Positions 46,584 to 49,415 of a stretch of 49,415 nt of DNA are shown here, piece by piece (within the stretch, counting starts at the first letter, position 1; each line of letters starts with the position of its first letter). Made by a program: the position numbers and the translations under genes. This stretch comes from Octopus bimaculoides (taxonomy: Eukaryota), in the NCBI RefSeq assembly GCF_001194135.2, contig NC_069001.1, forward strand, positions 16,284,374 to 16,333,788. The letters run 5' to 3'. The notes below the pieces were generated by a model. That model had not been told where the DNA came from. It searched no databases and was given only the letters and a program-made list of their open reading frames with translations.

Positions 46584-46877
46584 TTTTGCACAGATAATAT
46601 AAGGGAGGTTTTTCTTTTCAATATTCACCACGGTGCTATCTAATAAGAACTGATCCATAACCACATAAAAGGTCAGGTTTTGACGGTCACATGGTGCATT
46701 CGACAAATATCTATATTTGCGTGTGACTATGTTAAAGGGAACAGGGGGGTTTACAAATTCACACGGTGACCTATCTCCCCTTAAACACACCGGAAGCTTT
46801 GATAGATAACAGAAAGGGAAGCCTCCATCCCCAACTCCACCCTTCTGATTTGCATTCAAGCAGCCTACTTCTTCGGT
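46584..46877 (-). CDS. Candidate coding exon or coding-like insert of unknown identity
   Basis: Unique, higher-GC sequence with a 105-codon open frame on the - strand (46877-46563). Possible acceptor 'cttccctttctgttatctatcaaag|' at 46797/46796 and donor 'AAA|gtatgg' at 46584/46583 give a 213-nt phase 0-0 exon. No family recognised, and a competing + strand ORF overlaps (46849-47163). Confidence 0.2.
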
Positions 46878-47307
46878 TTATCACCAGATGGCAGCAGAAG
46901 TCAAATGTCAGAAAGATGCTCTTGGTTATGAAGAGTTGGAAGAACTTCATTCTAGCAAAAATGGAAGTTTACAGTCACAGTCAGATATTCTGGTTCCTCC
47001 CAATAAAGATTTGGATTCTCTACCAGATGGGGGTGGAGGGCAGCATACAGTACCCTTATATTGCTATGGGATACTGACAGTGATCAAAGAGTATTTTTTG
47101 AGAGTTTTCAGAATGTACATGTTGTTTTTCTTTCTTATCTCTCAGTCAGTTTTGATCAAATAAACATATGATCAAAGGCCTTTACAGATATGACCATCTC
47201 CTAAGACAATATTATCCAAAAATGTCTCCTTCCTTTTCTATGGCAGTAAAGTGTGACAGGACAAAGATATGGTCACTATTTCTAGCAGGTCAAGTGTTCA
47301 TGTAGAT

Positions 47308-47808
47308 CAGTGTTTCTATAACATTTTTTTACCTATTGACCCCTTTTGATTCCTATTTTACTTGGATGGACCCCCCCCCCCCACCAGTCACTCATTTAAA
47401 AAGAATCATTTTATATTTTCATAGTTAGATATCATCAGTAATTGTTTCAGTCATTTAATTGAGGCCATGCTGGGACATCACCTTGAAGGGTTTTAGTCGA
47501 ACAAATGAATACCAGGACTTATTTTGTTAAGCCTTATTCTATTGGTCTTTTTTGCCAAACCATTAAGTTATGGGATGTAAACACACCAACACTAGTTGTC
47601 AAGTGGTGGTGGAAGACAATCACTGACACAGACACACACACACACATACGATAGGTATCTTTCAGTTTCCATCTACCAAATCCACCCACAAATCTTTGGT
47701 TGGCCTGAGGCTAGAGTAGAAGACACTTGCCCAAGGTGCCATGCAGTGAGATTGAACTCAGAACCATGTAGTTGGGAAGAAAGCCTCTCACAACATAGCC
47801 ATGCCTAC

Positions 47809-47860
<52 letters not shown>

Positions 47861-47978
47861 TTAAAATATTTTGTGGAACACAGATGTATAACCAGTTTAT
47901 TGCACATAGATTTTAGCAACAAAATCTTATATGGACTCCCCACCCCAGGGCCAAATGGACACCAGTTGAGAAACACTA
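47308..47978. mobile_element. hAT-type MITE with a nested family A SINE
   Basis: Termini CAGTGTTTCTATAAC and GTTGAGAAACACTA. The 8-bp flanks ATGTAGAT (47300-47307) and AGGTAGAT (47979-47986) match at 7/8. Confidence 0.75.
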
Positions 47979-48749
47979 AGGTAGATGTCATGCAGCAGCT
48001 GTTGCTATTTAGCCCCAGGTCAGCACTGACCAAGTAGACCTATTATGTAAATCATACCTTTTATCCTTTATCCATTCCAGTCATTAGACTGTGGCCATGC
48101 TGGGGCATCACCTTGAAGAACTAGATCCCTGTACTTGTTTTTTTTAGTCCGATACTTGTTCTATCAGTCTCTTTTTGTTGAACTACTAAGTTATACACCA
48201 ACACCGGTTGTCAAGCAGTGGTGGAGACAGACAGACAAACAGACACACACATATACAATGGGCTTCTTTCAGTTTCCATCTACCAAATCCACTCACAAGG
48301 CTTTGGTTGGCCCAAGACTGGGGCACTGCCTTGAAGGATTTTTGGCAAGCAAATCACCCCCAGTACTTATGACATTTTTCTTTAAGTCTGGAACTTATTG
48401 TGTCAATCTCATTTGCCAAACTGGTAAGTTATGGAGACATAAATACACACACACACACACACATATTTACACATACGCAACAGGTTTCCACACATTTTCT
48501 CTCTACCAAATTCATTCACAAGGCATTTGTCCACCTGGAGCCATAGTAGAAGACACTTACCTAAGGTAGGATTGAACTCAAAGCTATGTGGTTGGGAAGC
48601 AACCTTCTTAATCACAGCTATGCCAACTTAATCTTTTTGAATCTATATTTCTAATGATATAGTTTCAATCAATTTTTTAAATAATGAAGAACTCAGGGAA
48701 GATTTAATAAACTAGTTTGTGTATTTGTCATTCAGATAATGTTTTGATA

Positions 48750-49040
48750 TAATGGACCCTCCCACCAAGGACGACATATGGGTGTCCAGCTTTTGCCAAA
48801 TGACCTTCACAAGTGGTTTGGTTATAGTGATCAAATGTATGTGCTACACCTTAGCTCACTCCCTCCATCACATCGACGTTGTCTGAAAAGGTACACAAGT
48901 GTACCACCCGTCATGTGTTACAATATTCACAGAGCAATGAAGTGATTTGCTCAAGAAAACAATGTACCACCCGGTCTAGGAATTGAAACCATGATCTTGC
49001 AATCATGAGTGCAACACCCTAACCTCTCAGCCATGCATCA
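48750..49040 (-). mobile_element. tRNA-derived SINE (family D), second copy
   Basis: Homologous to 22580-22890. Confidence 0.75.
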
Positions 49041-49329
49041 AAATTCTCCCTTAAGGTATAGACAAGACTAAAACTAACTGATATTTGAAGGCAGTGGTTA
49101 CCATCTTTTTGACATCATGGATCACTGGAGATCAACCCAAAAATTACTGGTAAACTTTACGTGAACAGTTGAAAATTACTGGTATAAGCATGGTTGTGTG
49201 CTAAGGAGCTTGCTTCCCAACCATATGGTTTTAGGTTCAGTCTCACTGTGTAGCACCTTGGATTAAGTGTCTTCTACCATAGCCTCAAGCTGATCAAAGC
49301 CATGTGAGTCAACCTGGTAGACAGAATCT

Positions 49330-49351
49330 GAAAGCAGCCTGATATATATAA

Positions 49352-49415
<64 letters not shown>
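49330..49415. repeat. (TG)n microsatellite within a family A SINE, running off the window
   Basis: Directly visible; preceded by the SINE head at ~49190-49320. Confidence 0.9.

Overview
AT-rich, repeat-dense eukaryotic genomic DNA from a gapped draft assembly (many N runs, most flanked by microsatellites). The repeat repertoire (tRNA-derived SINEs, RTE LINEs, mariners, MITEs) resembles an octopus/coleoid cephalopod genome; this is inferred from recalled repeat motifs, not from a search. I could not identify an intact protein-coding gene, and most ORFs in the supplied track are gap, microsatellite or transposon artefacts. Recognisable content: a disabled RPL18A retrocopy (~10.0-10.3 kb); decayed RTE, CRE-clade and R4/Dong-clade non-LTR retrotransposons; several mariner relics; hAT, Mutator-like, piggyBac-like and foldback MITEs; Helitron/Helentron-type elements (one carrying a 23-codon STPR-like repeat); a probable solo LTR; and four SINE families. 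A sharp CpG-retaining domain (~5.5-18.65 kb) lies between two CpG-depleted domains and ends in a promoter-like zone at ~16.5-18.25 kb. The most striking observation is an extended type I hammerhead-ribozyme fold at 40081-40212 (near-intact catalytic core on a ~45 bp interrupted stem I). Two decayed minimal hammerhead cores also occur in Penelope-like terminal repeats nearby (39861-39895 and 42828-42862). Repeat boundaries are approximate unless target-site duplications are given.
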